From Macrostomum lignano (Eukaryota), in the NCBI GenBank assembly GCA_002269645.1, contig NIVC01001409.1, forward strand, positions 230,859 through 294,858: DNA of 64,000 nt, written 5' to 3'. The notes under the pieces were generated by a model that worked only from the letters and a program-made list of their open reading frames with translations, searched no databases and was not told the origin of the DNA. The position numbers were made by a program, and so were the translations under genes. Shown piece by piece: positions 1 through 12,918 of the stretch; positions within the stretch are counted from its first letter, which is position 1, and every line of letters begins with the position of its first letter.

Positions 1-3000
1 ATTTCAGTGCCTTGGCTCAGTGACTGACACAGCACCCTCAACTGGATTCCATTTCAGTGCCTTGGCTCAGTGACTGACACAGCACCCTCAACTGGGTTCC
101 ATTTCAGTGCCTTGGCTCATTGACTGACACAGCACCCTCAACTGGATTCCATTTCAGTGCCTTGGCTCAGTGACTGACACAGCACCCTCAACTGGGTTCC
201 ATTTCAGTGCCTTGGCTCAGTGACTGACACAGCACCCTCAACTGGGTTCCATTTCAGTGCCTTGGCTCAGTGACTGACACAGCACCCTCAACTGGATTCC
301 ATTTCAGTGCCTTGGCTCAGTGACTGACACAGCACCCTCAACTGGATTCCATTTCAGTGCCTTGGCTCAGTGACTGACACAGCACCCTCAACTGGGTTCC
401 ATTTCAGTGCCTTGGCTCAGTGACTGACACAGCACCCTCAACTGGATTCCATTTCAGTGCCTTGGCTCAGTGACTGACACAGCACCCTCAACTGGGTTCC
501 ATTTCAGTGCCTTGGCTCAGTGACTGACACAGCACCCTCAACTGGATTCCATTTCAGTGCCTTGGCTCAGTGACTGACACAGCACCCTCAACTGGATTCC
601 ATTTCAGTGCCTTGGCTCAGTGACTGACACAGCACCCTCAACTGGATTCCATTTCAGTGCCTTGGCTCAGTGACTGACACAGCACCCTCAACTGGATTCC
701 ATTTCAGTGCCTTGGCTCAGTGACTGACACAGCACCCTCAACTGGGTTCCATTTCAGTGCCTTGGCTCAGTGACTGACACAGCACCCTCAACTGGGTTCC
801 ATTTCAGTGCCTTGGCTCAGTGACTGACACAGCACCCTCAACTGGGTTCCATTTCAGTGCCTTGGCTCAGTGACTGACACAGCACCCTCAACTGGTTCCA
901 TTTCAGTGCCTTGGCTCAGTGACTGACACAGCACCCTCAACTGGATTCCATTTCAGTGCCTTGGCTCAGTGACTGACACAGCACCCTCAACTGGATTCCA
1001 TTTCAGTGCCTTGGCTCAGTGACTGACACAGCACCCTCAACTGGATTCCATTTCAGTGCCTTGGCTCAGTGACTGACACAGCACCCTCAACTGGATTCCA
1101 TTTCAGTGCCTTGGCTCAGTGACTGACACAGCACCCTCAACTGGGTTCCATTTCAGTGCCTTGGCTCAGTGACTGACACAGCACCCTCAACTGGATTCCA
1201 TTTCAGTGCCTTGGCTCAGTGACTGACACAGCACCCTCAACTGGGTTCCATTTCAGTGCCTTGGCTCATGACTGACACAGCACCCTCAACTGGATTCCAT
1301 TTCAGTGCCTTGGCTCAGTGACTGACACAGCACCCTCAACTGGGTTCCATTTCAGTGCCTTGGCTCATTGACTGACACAGCACCCTCAACTGGATTCCAT
1401 TTCAGTGCCTTGGCTCAGTGACTGACACAGCACCCTCAACTGGGTTCCATTTCAGTGCCTTGGCTCATTGACTGACACAGCACCCTCAACTGGATTCCAT
1501 TTCAGTGCCTTGGCTCAGTGACTGACACAGCACCCTCAACTGGGTTCCATTTCAGTGCCTTGGCTCAGTGACTGACACAGCACCCTCAACTGGATTCCAT
1601 TTCAGTGCCTTGGCTCAGTGACTGACACAGCACCCTCAACTGGGTTCCATTTCAGTGCCTTGGCTCATTGACTGACACAGCACCCTCAACTGGATTCCAT
1701 TTCAGTGCCTTGGCTCAGTGACTGACACAGCACCCTCAACTGGGTTCCATTTCAGTGCCTTGGCTCATTGACTGACACAGCACCCTCAACTGGATTCCAT
1801 TTCAGTGCCTTGGCTCAGTGACTGACACAGCACCCTCAACTGGGTTCCATTTCAGTGCCTTGGCTCATGACTGACACAGCACCCTCAACTGGATTCCATT
1901 TCAGTGCCTTGGCTCAGTGACTGACACAGCACCCTCAACTGGGTTCCATTTCAGTGCCTTGGCTCAGTGACTGACACAGCACCCTCAACTGGATTCCATT
2001 TCAGTGCCTTGGCTCAGTGACTGACACAGCACCCTCAACTGGGTTCCATTTCAGTGCCTTGGCTCAGTGACTGACACAGCACCCTCAACTGGGTTCCATT
2101 TCAGTGCCTTGGCTCATTGACTGACACAGCACCCTCAACTGGGTTCCATTTCAGTGCCTTGGCTCAGTGACTGACACAGCACCCTCAACTGGTTCCATTT
2201 CAGTGCCTTGGCTCAGTGACTGACACAGCACCCTCAACTGGATTCCATTTCAGTGCCTTGGCTCAGTGACTGACACAGCACCCTCAACTGGATTCCATTT
2301 CAGTGCCTTGGCTCAGTGACTGACACAGCACCCTCAACTGGATTCCATTTCAGTGCCTTGGCTCAGTGACTGACACAGCACCCTCAACTGGATTCCATTT
2401 CAGTGCCTTGGCTCATTGACTGACACAGCACCCTCAACTGGATTCCATTTCAGTGCCTTGGCTCATTGACTGACACAGCACCCTCAACTGGGTTCCATTT
2501 CAGTGCCTTGGCTCATGACTGACACAGCACCCTCAACTGGATTCCATTTCAGTGCCTTGGCTCAGTGACTGACACAGCACCCTCAACTGGATTCCATTTC
2601 AGTGCCTTGGCTCAGTGACTGACACAGCACCCTCAACTGGATTCCATTTCAGTGCCTTGGCTCAGTGACTGACACAGCACCCTCAACTGGATTCCATTTC
2701 AGTGCCTTGGCTCAGTGACTGACACAGCACCCTCAACTGGATTCCATTTCAGTGCCTTGGCTCAGTGACTGACACAGCACCCTCAACTGGATTCCATTTC
2801 AGTGCCTTGGCTCAGTGACTGACACAGCACCCTCAACTGGATTCCATTTCAGTGCCTTGGCTCAGTGACTGACACAGCACCCTCAACTGGATTCCATTTC
2901 AGTGCCTTGGCTCAGTGACTGACACAGCACCCTCAACTGGATTCCATTTCAGTGCCTTGGCTCATGACTGACACAGCACCCTCAACTGGATTCCATTTCA

Positions 3001-4463
3001 GTGCCTTGGCTCAGTGACTGACACAGCACCCTCAACTGGATTCCATTTCAGTGCCTTGGCTCAGTGACTGACACAGCACCCTCAACTGGATTCCATTTCA
3101 GTGCCTTGGCTCATGACTGACACAGCACCCTCAACTGGATTCCATTTCAGTGCCTTGGCTCATTGACTGACACAGCACCCTCAACTGGATTCCATTTCAG
3201 TGCCTTGGCTCAGTGACTGACACAGCACCCTCAACTGGATTCCATTTCAGTGCCTTGGCTCATGACTGACACAGCACCCTCAACTGGATTCCATTTCAGT
3301 GCCTTGGCTCAGTGACTGACACAGCACCCTCAACTGGATTCCATTTCAGTGCCTTGGCTCAGTGACTGACACAGCACCCTCAACTGGATTCCATTTCAGT
3401 GCCTTGGCTCATTGACTGACACAGCACCCTCAACTGGATTCCATTTCAGTGCCTTGGCTCATGACTGACACAGCACCCTCAACTGGATTCCATTTCAGTG
3501 CCTTGGCTCATTGACTGACACAGCACCCTCAACTGGATTCCATTTCAGTGCCTTGGCTCAGTGACTGACACAGCACCCTCAACTGGATTCCATTTCAGTG
3601 CCTTGGCTCAGTGACTGACACAGCACCCTCAACTGGATTCCATTTCAGTGCCTTGGCTCAGTGACTGACACAGCACCCTCAACTGGATTCCATTTCAGTG
3701 CCTTGGCTCATGACTGACACAGCACCCTCAACTGGATTCCATTTCAGTGCCTTGGCTCAGTGACTGACACAGCACCCTCAACTGGATTCCATTTCAGTGC
3801 CTTGGCTCAGTGACTGACACAGCACCCTCAACTGGATTCCATTTCAGTGCCTTGGCTCAGTGACTGACACAGCACCCTCAACTGGATTCCATTTCAGTGC
3901 CTTGGCTCAGTGACTGACACAGCACCCTCAACTGGATTCCATTTCAGTGCCTTGGCTCAGACTGACACAGCACCCTCAACTGGATTCCATTTCAGTGCCT
4001 TGGCTCAGTGACTGACACAGCACCCTCAACTGGATTCCATTTCAGTGCCTTGGCTCAGTGACTGACACAGCACCCTCAACTGGATTCCATTTCAGTGCCT
4101 TGGCTCAGTGACTGACACAGCACCCTCAACTGGATTCCATTTCAGTGCCTTGGCTCAGTGACTGACACAGCACCCTCAACTGGATTCCATTTCAGTGCCT
4201 TGGATCAGTGACTGACACAGCACCCTCAACTGGATTCCATTTCAGTGCCTTGGCTCAGTGACTGACACAGCACCCTCAACTGGATTCCATTTCAGTGCCT
4301 TGGCTCAGTGACTGACACAGCACCCTCAACTGGATTCCATTTCAGTGCCTTGGCTCAGTGACTGACACAGCACCCTCAACTGGATTCCATTTCAGTGCCT
4401 TGGATCAGTGACTGACACAGCACCCTCAACTGGATTTTATTTCAGTGCCGTGACTGACACAGC
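1..4463. repeat. 50-bp tandem satellite, ~89 copies, left end outside the window
   Basis: Unit ATTTCAGTGCCTTGGCTCAGTGACTGACACAGCACCCTCAACTGGATTCC is repeated head-to-tail. Variants are GGATTCC/GGGTTCC, CAGTG/CATTG and occasional 1-2 bp deletions. It ends in a degenerate unit near 4440-4463. Confidence 0.99.
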
Positions 4464-5072
4464 GAGCGCGATCTGTTTTACTTTTCAAATCTATAACCAA
4501 CATTTTCGGTATCAAAGATAAAAGTTGGCAAAGCCTATAAATGAGTTTAATTTAATTTATTATCGCCAGCAAAATTAAGACCATATCGATGCGACCAATG
4601 ACCGTATATTTAATTTGGATTACTTCAAGACGAAAAAAGCAATACAAAAGCGACTGGAACAGAATGGAGTATAAAAATAACCGAAAAAGGATCAACGGGC
4701 TGCAGAAATTTGAGCATAAAAACGGAAATATTGAAAGTAGAGTAAATACCTATAAAGTTTATACATTAACTGGACTAAAAATAAATTCCACCTTTGATCC
4801 TGCGACAATATAAATAACTTTGAATGCACCTATTGCACTACCGCAAGTAGAAATGCGAGCATTATAATAGCTTATTTTAGATGCAGACAGGTAAATACGG
4901 ACTCAAACTGGTAAAATTAAAAATGCTTAAATGACAAATAATAGGCAGTTGGGGAGAGATTTGCTTGACAAGAATAAATTATTGATAAATGAATCAGCTG
5001 CAGATGCGGTAGACTGAGTCTGGCATTAGTTATGATTAAATAAGTATTCGCCTGCCACTCCAATGTCCCTGC

Positions 5073-5619
5073 TCAGCGCAGGGCGGCTAGCGAGTAGGTC
5101 CGGTCCTCTCGCTGGGCGGCCGCCGCCCGCTTCTTCTTGGCGGCCCGCTTGGCGTCCAGCTCGAAGCAGCGCCAGATGCGGAGGGTCTCGTCCGAGCTTG
5201 CGCTGGCCACCCGTTCGCCGTCCGGCGAGCCGACCAGGCACAGGACTCTGTCCGAGTGGCCCAGCAGGTCCGCCACCTTGCTGAGCTCCGGGTACTTCCA
5301 CAGGGTGAGCTGGTGCTCAGAGTAGCCGTGGCTGGTCACCAGCTCGCGGTATTCCTCGTTCCAAACAATGCCGGACACCTGGAAGCGGTTCGATGCGTTG
5401 GCATCCGTGTGAGCGAACAGGGGATGGGCCACACTGCCTGCCTCCCCGAAGGCTTGCAACAGCCAACAGGGCCAAAGACACTTTCGGTGTACGAAATAAC
5501 TAGCTAACTAGCTAACTAAGTAGCTAACTAGCCAACTAGCTAACTAAGTAGCTAGCTAACTAACTAACTAGCCAACTAGCTAACTAAGTAGCTAGCTAAC
5601 TAACTAACTAGCTAGCTAG

Positions 5620-5650
<31 letters not shown>

Positions 5651-5663
5651 GATAACTAACTAG

Positions 5664-5710
<47 letters not shown>

Positions 5711-5723
5711 GATAACTAACTAG

Positions 5724-5766
<43 letters not shown>

Positions 5767-5771
5767 GCTAG

Positions 5772-5838
<67 letters not shown>

Positions 5839-5851
5839 GATAACTAACTAG

Positions 5852-5934
<83 letters not shown>

Positions 5935-8900
5935 GATAACTAACTAGCTAACTAGCTAGCTAACTAACTAAACAGCTAAGTACCGAGTTGGGACCCTACA
6001 GGCTCAGTGCTGCACAAACCTCGTCACTGGATCAGTTGTCAATCAACATTCCAGCATTGGTTTGAGTCGCTTTTTTATTTTACATAGTTTTATTCTAAGT
6101 TTAACAACCTCTTGATACATATCGGTGCATAGAGTACATTGAAAATGAGGTAAATTTCGCACCTGGCTGCCAGTGTCCACGCTGGCCACGTGAGCCCCAG
6201 TGCGCGCATTCCAGAAGCGCATGTGCTTGCAGATGCTGCCGCCGCCAGTGGCCAGCAGGTTCTGCTTCCAGGGGCACCAGGCCAGCGACTTCACCGCGCT
6301 CTGGTGATGCGTCATCACGTGCAGCGGCGCCTCGGCGGCAACGTCGAATCCCCAGACGGCGACTAAATTGTCGTTGCCGCCCGAGGCCAGATGATGACCG
6401 TCAGGCGACCAGGCGAGGCCGCAGACCTCCTGGGTGTGGAACTGGGCGCTGCCCACCAGCCAGGAGGACTGGCGGACATCCGCGTGGCGCAGCTGGCCCC
6501 AGCGGCTGCCGCTGGACAGCAGGTGCTCCCGCCAGCTCAGCGCGGACACCCGGCCAATGTCCGAGGTGGGGCGCATTCGCCTCACAGCCCGCTGGGTGTT
6601 CACGTCGAACAGGTAGACGTCGCCCAGGTTGTCGGAGACGGCCAGGTAGTTGCTGACCGGCGCCCATTTCACGCAGGCCACAAATCCGTGCGCATTGTCG
6701 AAATTGGCCAGGTCAACCAGGTGCGTGATGCTGCCGTCGCCGCCGTTCCACAGGTAGACGGACTCGCCCAGGGCGCAAGCTAGGACGTTCTCGGAGCTCC
6801 AGTCCAGCAGGTTCAGGTAATAATCGTTGACGAGATTCGGCGCGTCCAAAGTTCTCTCGGCCGAGGTTGGCACCTTGCGCGGGCGGGGCGCCGTCTTGGT
6901 GGAAGCCGACGTCAGGTAGGCCGGGGCGCTCGGCTGCGGAGCGCCTGACGTGTAGGTCAGGATGCGACCCTGCAGTGCGGTGGCGGGCACTGGTTGCTAC
7001 GGGAGTGCGTCACTGGTTGCTAGGGGAGTGCGTCACTGGTTGCTAGGGGAGTGCAAGCTAGGGGAGTGAGTCACTGGTTGCTAGGGTGACTGGGTAAGCT
7101 GGTTGCTATGGTGGTTGAGCCGCTTGTTGCAAGGCAAATTGGGTCATTGGATGGTAGGAAAAGGTCACCAGTTGTTACGGGAAAGTAGTAATTACGATAA
7201 GCACTGAAGAGCCTCAGTAAAATAAAATGAATAGTTTGGTTTGCATTGGAAAGTTGCACATAGAGAAGTCGGAGACTCAGTGATTGCATAGAGAAGTTGT
7301 GCCCCACTAAACTGCAGTTAATAATATGGCTGACACATCAAGCGATGGGGAGGAGCTGATGAATCGCGTAAATTGCCGTGTAGGGTGCGAAGAAAAAAGT
7401 ACATTTTAGCTGGCCCCAGGATAGGGGGGAGCTGACCAATCTGTCAATGCTTTTTAACTGCAACACCCCCAAATCCATGCGCGCCGGGCACACAGCTGGG
7501 CAGCTGGGCGACATCAATCACTGCTAGGCCACGCCCTCCCGGCTTTGCAATAGCTTAAGTTACCAAGCCTATAGCCTATATCGTGGCCAAGGAGCTCATA
7601 AACACCCTATGGGCGGCGGTTTCTATTTTCCAGATTCTAGGCCTAGAAGTCCACGGCTCAAACAGCTGCTGGGTACGCAGAAAGCTCTTTAAATTGTAAG
7701 GCAGGGCAATTGACAGACTGGCGCACGAGATGCGCAGTTTCAGCTGTGTCCAGACCAAGTAACGGACAATAAGTCTGCGGGTAATGAACAGCCTTCCAAA
7801 CCTGCGGCCTAAAGTAGCGTCTCTGCACTCACAAAACCTCACCCGCTCTCTCAAGTGGATATTTTACAGATGCCTTTTTGGCTTGCAAAACATATTCGCT
7901 TTAATCCCCATGATAAGCCCTCCACTATCTGCCCGACATTTTCCCTTTTATTCTTTACTATCCCTCCTGCCTTTATTTCAACTGTCCCTATTTAACCTCT
8001 CCCTATCCTCTCCCCGTCACTTCTTTCCCTATTTTCTCCCCGTCACTCCCTTCCCTACCCTCTCCCTGCCACTCTCCCTTCCCTACCCTCTCCCTGCCAC
8101 TCTCCCTTCCCTACCCTCTCCCTGCCACTCTCCCTTCCCTACCCTCTCCCTGCCACTCTCCCTTCCCTACCCTCTCCCTGCCACTCTCCCTTCCCTACCC
8201 TCTCCCTGCCACTCTCCCTTCCCTACCCTCTCCCTGCCACTCTCCCTTCCCTACCCTCTCCCTGCCACTCTCCCTTCCCTACCCTCTCCCTGCCACTCTC
8301 CCTTCCCTACCCTCTCCCTGCCACTCTCCCTTCCCTACCCTCTCCCTGCCACTCTCTCCCTTCCCTACCCTCTCCCTGCCACTCTCTCCCTTCCCTACCC
8401 TCTCCCTGCCACTCTCTCCCTTCCCTACCCTCTCCCTGCCACTCTCCCTTCCCTACCCTCTCCCTGCCACTCTCCCTTCCCTACCCTCTCCCTGCCACTC
8501 TCTCCCTTCCCTACCCTCTCCCTGCCACTCTCTCCCTTCCCTACCCTCTCCCTGCCACTCTCTCCCTTCCCTACCCTCTCCCTGCCACTCTCCCTTCCCT
8601 ACCCTCTCCCTGCCACTCTCCCTTCCCTACCCTCTCCCTGTCACTCACCCTTCCCTACCCTCTCCCTGCCACTCTCTCCCTTCCCTACCCTCTCCCTGCC
8701 ACTCTCTCCCTTCCCTACCCTCTCCCTGCCACTCTCCCTTCCCTACCCTCTCCCTGCCACTCTCCCTTCCCTACCCTCTCCCTGCCACTCTCTCCCTTCC
8801 CTACCCTCTCCCTGCCACTCTCTCCCTTCCCTACCCTCTCCCTGCCACTCTCTCCCTTCCCTACCCTCTCCCTGCCACTCTCTCCCTTCCCTACCCTCTC

Positions 8901-11345
8901 CCTGCCACTCTCTCCCTTCCCTACCCTCTCCCTGCCACTCTCTCCTTCCCTACCCTCTCCCTGCCACTCTCCCTTCCCTACCCTCTCCCTGCCACTCTCC
9001 CTTCCCTACCCTCTCCCTGCCACTCTCCCTTCCCTACCCTCTCCCTGCCACTCTCCCTTCCCTACCCTCTCCCTGCCACTCTCCCTTCCCTACCCTCTCC
9101 CTGCCACTCTCCCTTCCCTACCCTCTCCCTGCCACTCTCCCTTCCCTACCCTCTCCCTGCCACTCTCCCTTCCCTACCCTCTCCCTGCCACTCTCCCTTC
9201 CCTACCCTCTCCCTGCCACTCTCCCTTCCCTACCCTCTCCCTGCCACTCTCCCTTCCCTACCCTCTCCCTGCCACTCTCCCTTCCCTACCCTCTCCCTGT
9301 CACTCACCCTTCCCTACCCTCTCCCTGCCACTCTCTCCATTCCCTACCCTCTCCCTGTCACTCTCTCCATTCCCTACCCTCTCCCTGTCACTCTCACCTT
9401 TCCTACCCTCTCCCTTCCCTACCCTCTCCCTGCCACTCTCCCTTCCCTACCCTCTCCCTGTCACTCTCCCTTCCCTACCCTCTCCCTGCCACTCTCTCCA
9501 TTCCCTACCCTCTCCCTGTCACTTTCTCCATTCCCTACCCTCTCCCTGTCACTCTCACCTTCCCTACCCTCTCCCTGCCACTCTCTCCCTTCCCTACCCT
9601 CTCCCTGCCACTCTCCCTTCCCTACCCTCTCCCTGCCACTCTCCCTTCCCTACCCTCTCCCTGCCACTCTCTCCCTTCCCTACCCTCTCCCTGTCACTCA
9701 CCCTTCCCTACCCTCTCCCTGCCACTCTCTCCATTCCCTACCCTCTCCCTGTCACTCTCTCCATTCCCTACCCTCTCCCTGTCACTCTCACCTTCCCTAC
9801 CCTCTCCCTGCCACTCTCCCTTCCCTACCCTCTCCCTGCCACTCTCCCTTCCCTACCCTCTCCCTGCCACTCTCCCTTCCCTACCCTCTCCCTGCCACTC
9901 TCTCCCTTCCCTACCCTCTCCCTGCCACTCTCCCTTCCCTACCCTCTCCCTGCCACTCTCCCTTCCCTACCCTCTCCCTGTCACTCACCCTTCCCTACCC
10001 TCTCCCTGCCACTCTCTCCATTCCCTACCCTCTCCCCGTCACTCCCTTCCCTACCCTCTCCCTGTCACTCTCTCCATTCCCTACCCTCTCCCTGTCACTC
10101 TCACCTTCCCTACCCTCTCCCTGCCACTCTCTCCATTCCCTACCCTCTCCCTGTCACTCTCACCTTCCCTACCCTCTCCCTGCCACTCTCTCCATTCCCT
10201 ACCCTCTCCCCGTCACTCCCTTCCCTACCCTCTCCCTGCCACTCTCCCTTCCCTACCCTCTCCCTGTCACTCTCTCCCTTCCCTACCCTCTCCCTGCCAC
10301 TCTCTCCATTCCCTACCCTCTCCCTGTCACTTCCTTCTCTACCCTCTCCCCGTCACTCTCTTCCCTACCCTCTCCCTGCCACTCTCCCTTCCCTTACCCT
10401 CTCCCTGTCACTCTCACCTTCCCTACCCTCTCCCTGTCACTCTCTCCCTTCCCTACCCTCTCCCTGCCACTCTCTCCCTTCCCTACCCAGAGGAGGAGGG
10501 TGCAGGAAGGGAAGATGGCAGGAGGTTGAAGGGAGGAGGGTGGGGGAGAGTGGGAGGAGGGTGGGGGAGAGTGGGAGGAGGGTGGGGGAGAGTGGGAGGA
10601 GGGTGGGAGGAGGGTGCAGGAAGGGAAGATGGCAGGAGGGTGAAGGGAGGAGGGTGGGGGAGAGTGGGAGGAGGGTGGGGAGAGTGGGAGGAGGGTGGGA
10701 GGAGGCCGAGGGTGCAGGAAGGGAAGGTGGCAGAAAGGAGGGTAAAGTGAGGAAGGCTGGAAGCCGAGGCCCTACCTGCTCGCCCTGAATGATGCCATTG
10801 GTGAGCACATCGGCAAGTGCTTGAGTATAGACTCGCTTCATATTGCCGCCGCCACCGCTAGCATTGAGACTGCCGTTGAGGCTCTTGTCCGGCGTGCTGC
10901 TGGCGGAGCTCAGCGCCTGCTTGGTGGCCTCGATGGCGTCCGGGTGGCGGCTAGGGATGAAGCGGTCTCCGCCGTCCGACAGGCTGTTGGAGCGGCTGAG
11001 ACGGCCAGCGCCGCTGCTGGTGCTGGCGCTGCGGCTCTTCCGCTTGCGCCGGTGGGCGCTGCCGCCGGATTTGCTGGCTGAGCGGGCCGCGGCGGCCGCC
11101 TCGCTGATGGGACTGCAGGCGGCGCGGCTGGATGTGGATGCATTTCTAGAGCTGGCGTTGAGCGTCTGGCTCATCTCCAGCAGGCCCGGGCAGCTGCCCT
11201 TGCGGGAGAGGCTGCGGCTGGAGGCGGAGGCGGTGACCCGGGCGGGCTGCTCGCCCAGCGGCCGGTGCGACTTCTGCGAGGCCGACGGCAGCACGGAGTC
11301 CAGGCGCATCTTGCGGTCAAGAATCTGCGACAGGGAGACGCTCAT
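5073..11345 (-). CDS. CDC20: CDC20/Fizzy APC/C activator (WD40), ~560 aa, 3 coding exons
   Basis: Exons 11345-10776, 6969-6163 and 5378-5073, all phase-0 GT-AG joins (EQ|GRIL, TGSQ|VSG). C-box DRFIPSR, RTLDAPNLVNDYYLNLLDWS, HTQEVCGLAWS, WCPWKQNLLATGGG (CDC20-type rather than FZR1-type), C-terminal LR in place of the IR tail. Confidence 0.93.
5502..5975. repeat. (CTAA)n microsatellite with CTAG/GATA variants in CDC20 intron 2
   Basis: Long runs of TAAC/CTAA interrupted by TAGC and TAGA. Confidence 0.97.
6987..7095. repeat. Short 23-bp tandem repeat next to the CDC20 intron 1 acceptor
   Basis: About 4 copies of GTCACTGGTTGCTAGGGGAGTGC. The last copy reads GTTGCTAGGGTGAC (7077-7090), which is X-box-like. 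Confidence 0.85.
8040..10488. repeat. 28/30-bp polypyrimidine/polypurine minisatellite in CDC20 intron 1, ~85 copies
   Basis: Unit CTCCCTTCCCTACCCTCTCCCTGCCACT. The minus (sense) strand carries four GGG tracts per unit. Confidence 0.97.
10489..10745. repeat. G-rich low-complexity repeat, opposite polarity to the adjacent C-rich array
   Basis: GGGAGGAGGGTGGGGGAGAGT-type units on the plus strand directly abut the C-rich array. Confidence 0.9.
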
Positions 11346-11526
11346 GTTGCTGCTGCGGTTCTGGCTGAGCAGTTGGCTGGCTTTGGATTGGCGGCGGAGA
11401 AGCGGTGAGCATCAGTGGAATTTGAGTTAAACTCGGGTTGGATGGCATCCAAGTAGCTAAAAGCTTAGAGTTCTGGGCAATCATTAGACAGGGTTTGAGT
11501 AAATTTCACCAGACACCCTGATACAG

Positions 11527-12150
11527 GTACACAGACACATTCAGTGTACAGACACACTTAGGTGTACACAGACACACTTAAGTGTACACAGACACACTTA
11601 GGTGTACACAGACACATTCAGTGTACAGACACACTTAGGTGTACACAGACACATTCAGTGTACAGACACACTTAGGTGTACACAGACACACTTAAGTGTA
11701 CACAGACACACTTAGGTGTACACAGACACATTCAGTGTACAGACACACTTAGGTGTACACAGACACATTCAGTGTACAGACACACTTAGGTGTACACAGA
11801 CACATTCAGTGTACAGACACACTTAGGTGTACACAGACACACTTAGGTGTACACAGACATGCTTAGGTGTACACAGACACGCTTAGGTGTACACAGAGAC
11901 ACTTAGGTGTACAGACAAACTTAGGTGTACACAGACACACTTAGGTGTACACAGACAAACTTAGGTGTACACAGACACACTTAGGTGTACACAGACAAAC
12001 TTAGGTGTACACAGACACACTTAGGTGTACACAGACAAACTTAGGTGTACACAGACACACTTAGGTGTACAGACAAACTTAGGTGTACACAGACACACTT
12101 AGGTGTAGACAGACACGCTTAGGTGTACAGACATACTTAGGTGTACACAG
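11527..12150. repeat. 18-20-bp minisatellite upstream of CDC20
   Basis: Unit GTGTACACAGACACACTTAG (contains the palindrome GTGTACAC), ~30 copies. Confidence 0.96.
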
Positions 12151-12918
12151 GCACCTGCGTACACACAACAAAACAGCTACAGCCGGAAACTCTGCAATGA
12201 ACTGTAACTATTTATACCAAATAAAATAAAGGCTAAATAGTCGACAAGGCTATTGGTGATGTGAAGTTCGAGTCGATCGATTGAGTGGCATAATTAGTTG
12301 AATATTTAGTTATTTAATAATAGAGAAAGCAGAAAAAATGCAACATCGTGTTGTTAAGAGTAAATTGTAGGGGCCGAAATGGAGCAGTCAGATTGGCTGG
12401 TAAAATATGTATATAAAGTGCTTAAGAACACGAAGGGAAGAAAATGCGAGAAGTGCAGCTAATGAATTACGGTAAGCAAGATGAGTAGTGCAGATTGATA
12501 ATGAGCGAGACGTGAGAATGAGCAGCAGTACCAAAAAAGCAATATATAGAAAAATTGCACCGAGAATTAAGAACGCGTTAGCAAAATATGCCGCAAGGTG
12601 TATAGAGCTGCATATTATGTACTATGTAAAATGTATGTAAATATGAATATAATAAGCATTCGAATTTGCCGAGAGTCGTTGCAAAAATAGACTTGTATAT
12701 AATTGATATGAGAAGGGAATTTTACAAAACAACACCTGTTTAGATAGTAAAGCTGGGAACAGGTCGTGAGCAGTGCTCATGTTATGCCAATGCTGCAGAG
12801 AAGTCAGCCCAATACCGCTGACAGCACCGATATAAGTTGGCCGATTGTCAGAATTGCACGCGTCCTACTTTCAGTAAGCTGTAAAGCGCATGGCTTCTGC
12901 ACAGGGGTTCGATCGGCT

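Noticed and set aside
1-4463. CRISPR array, hammerhead ribozyme satellite or iron-responsive element (CAGTGC) in the 50-bp repeat
   Set aside because: There are no unique spacers and no cas genes, and the context is eukaryotic. The CTGANGA/GAAA hammerhead core is absent. The bases flanking CAGTGC do not form the IRE stem.
4589-4813. 74-aa ORF
   Set aside because: AT-rich, no recognisable motif, and lies in the CDC20 3' flank. Likely spurious.
7081-7104. miR-34/449-like sequence in a CDC20 intron (by analogy to vertebrate CDC20B)
   Set aside because: GGTAAGCTGGTTG resembles only the 3' half of miR-34. The seed is absent, it is antisense to the host and no hairpin is evident.
7784-10750. 988-aa plus-strand ORF
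   Set aside because: It is the translation of the C-rich minisatellite (P/L/S repeats) on the antisense strand of a CDC20 intron. It is stop-free only because of base composition.
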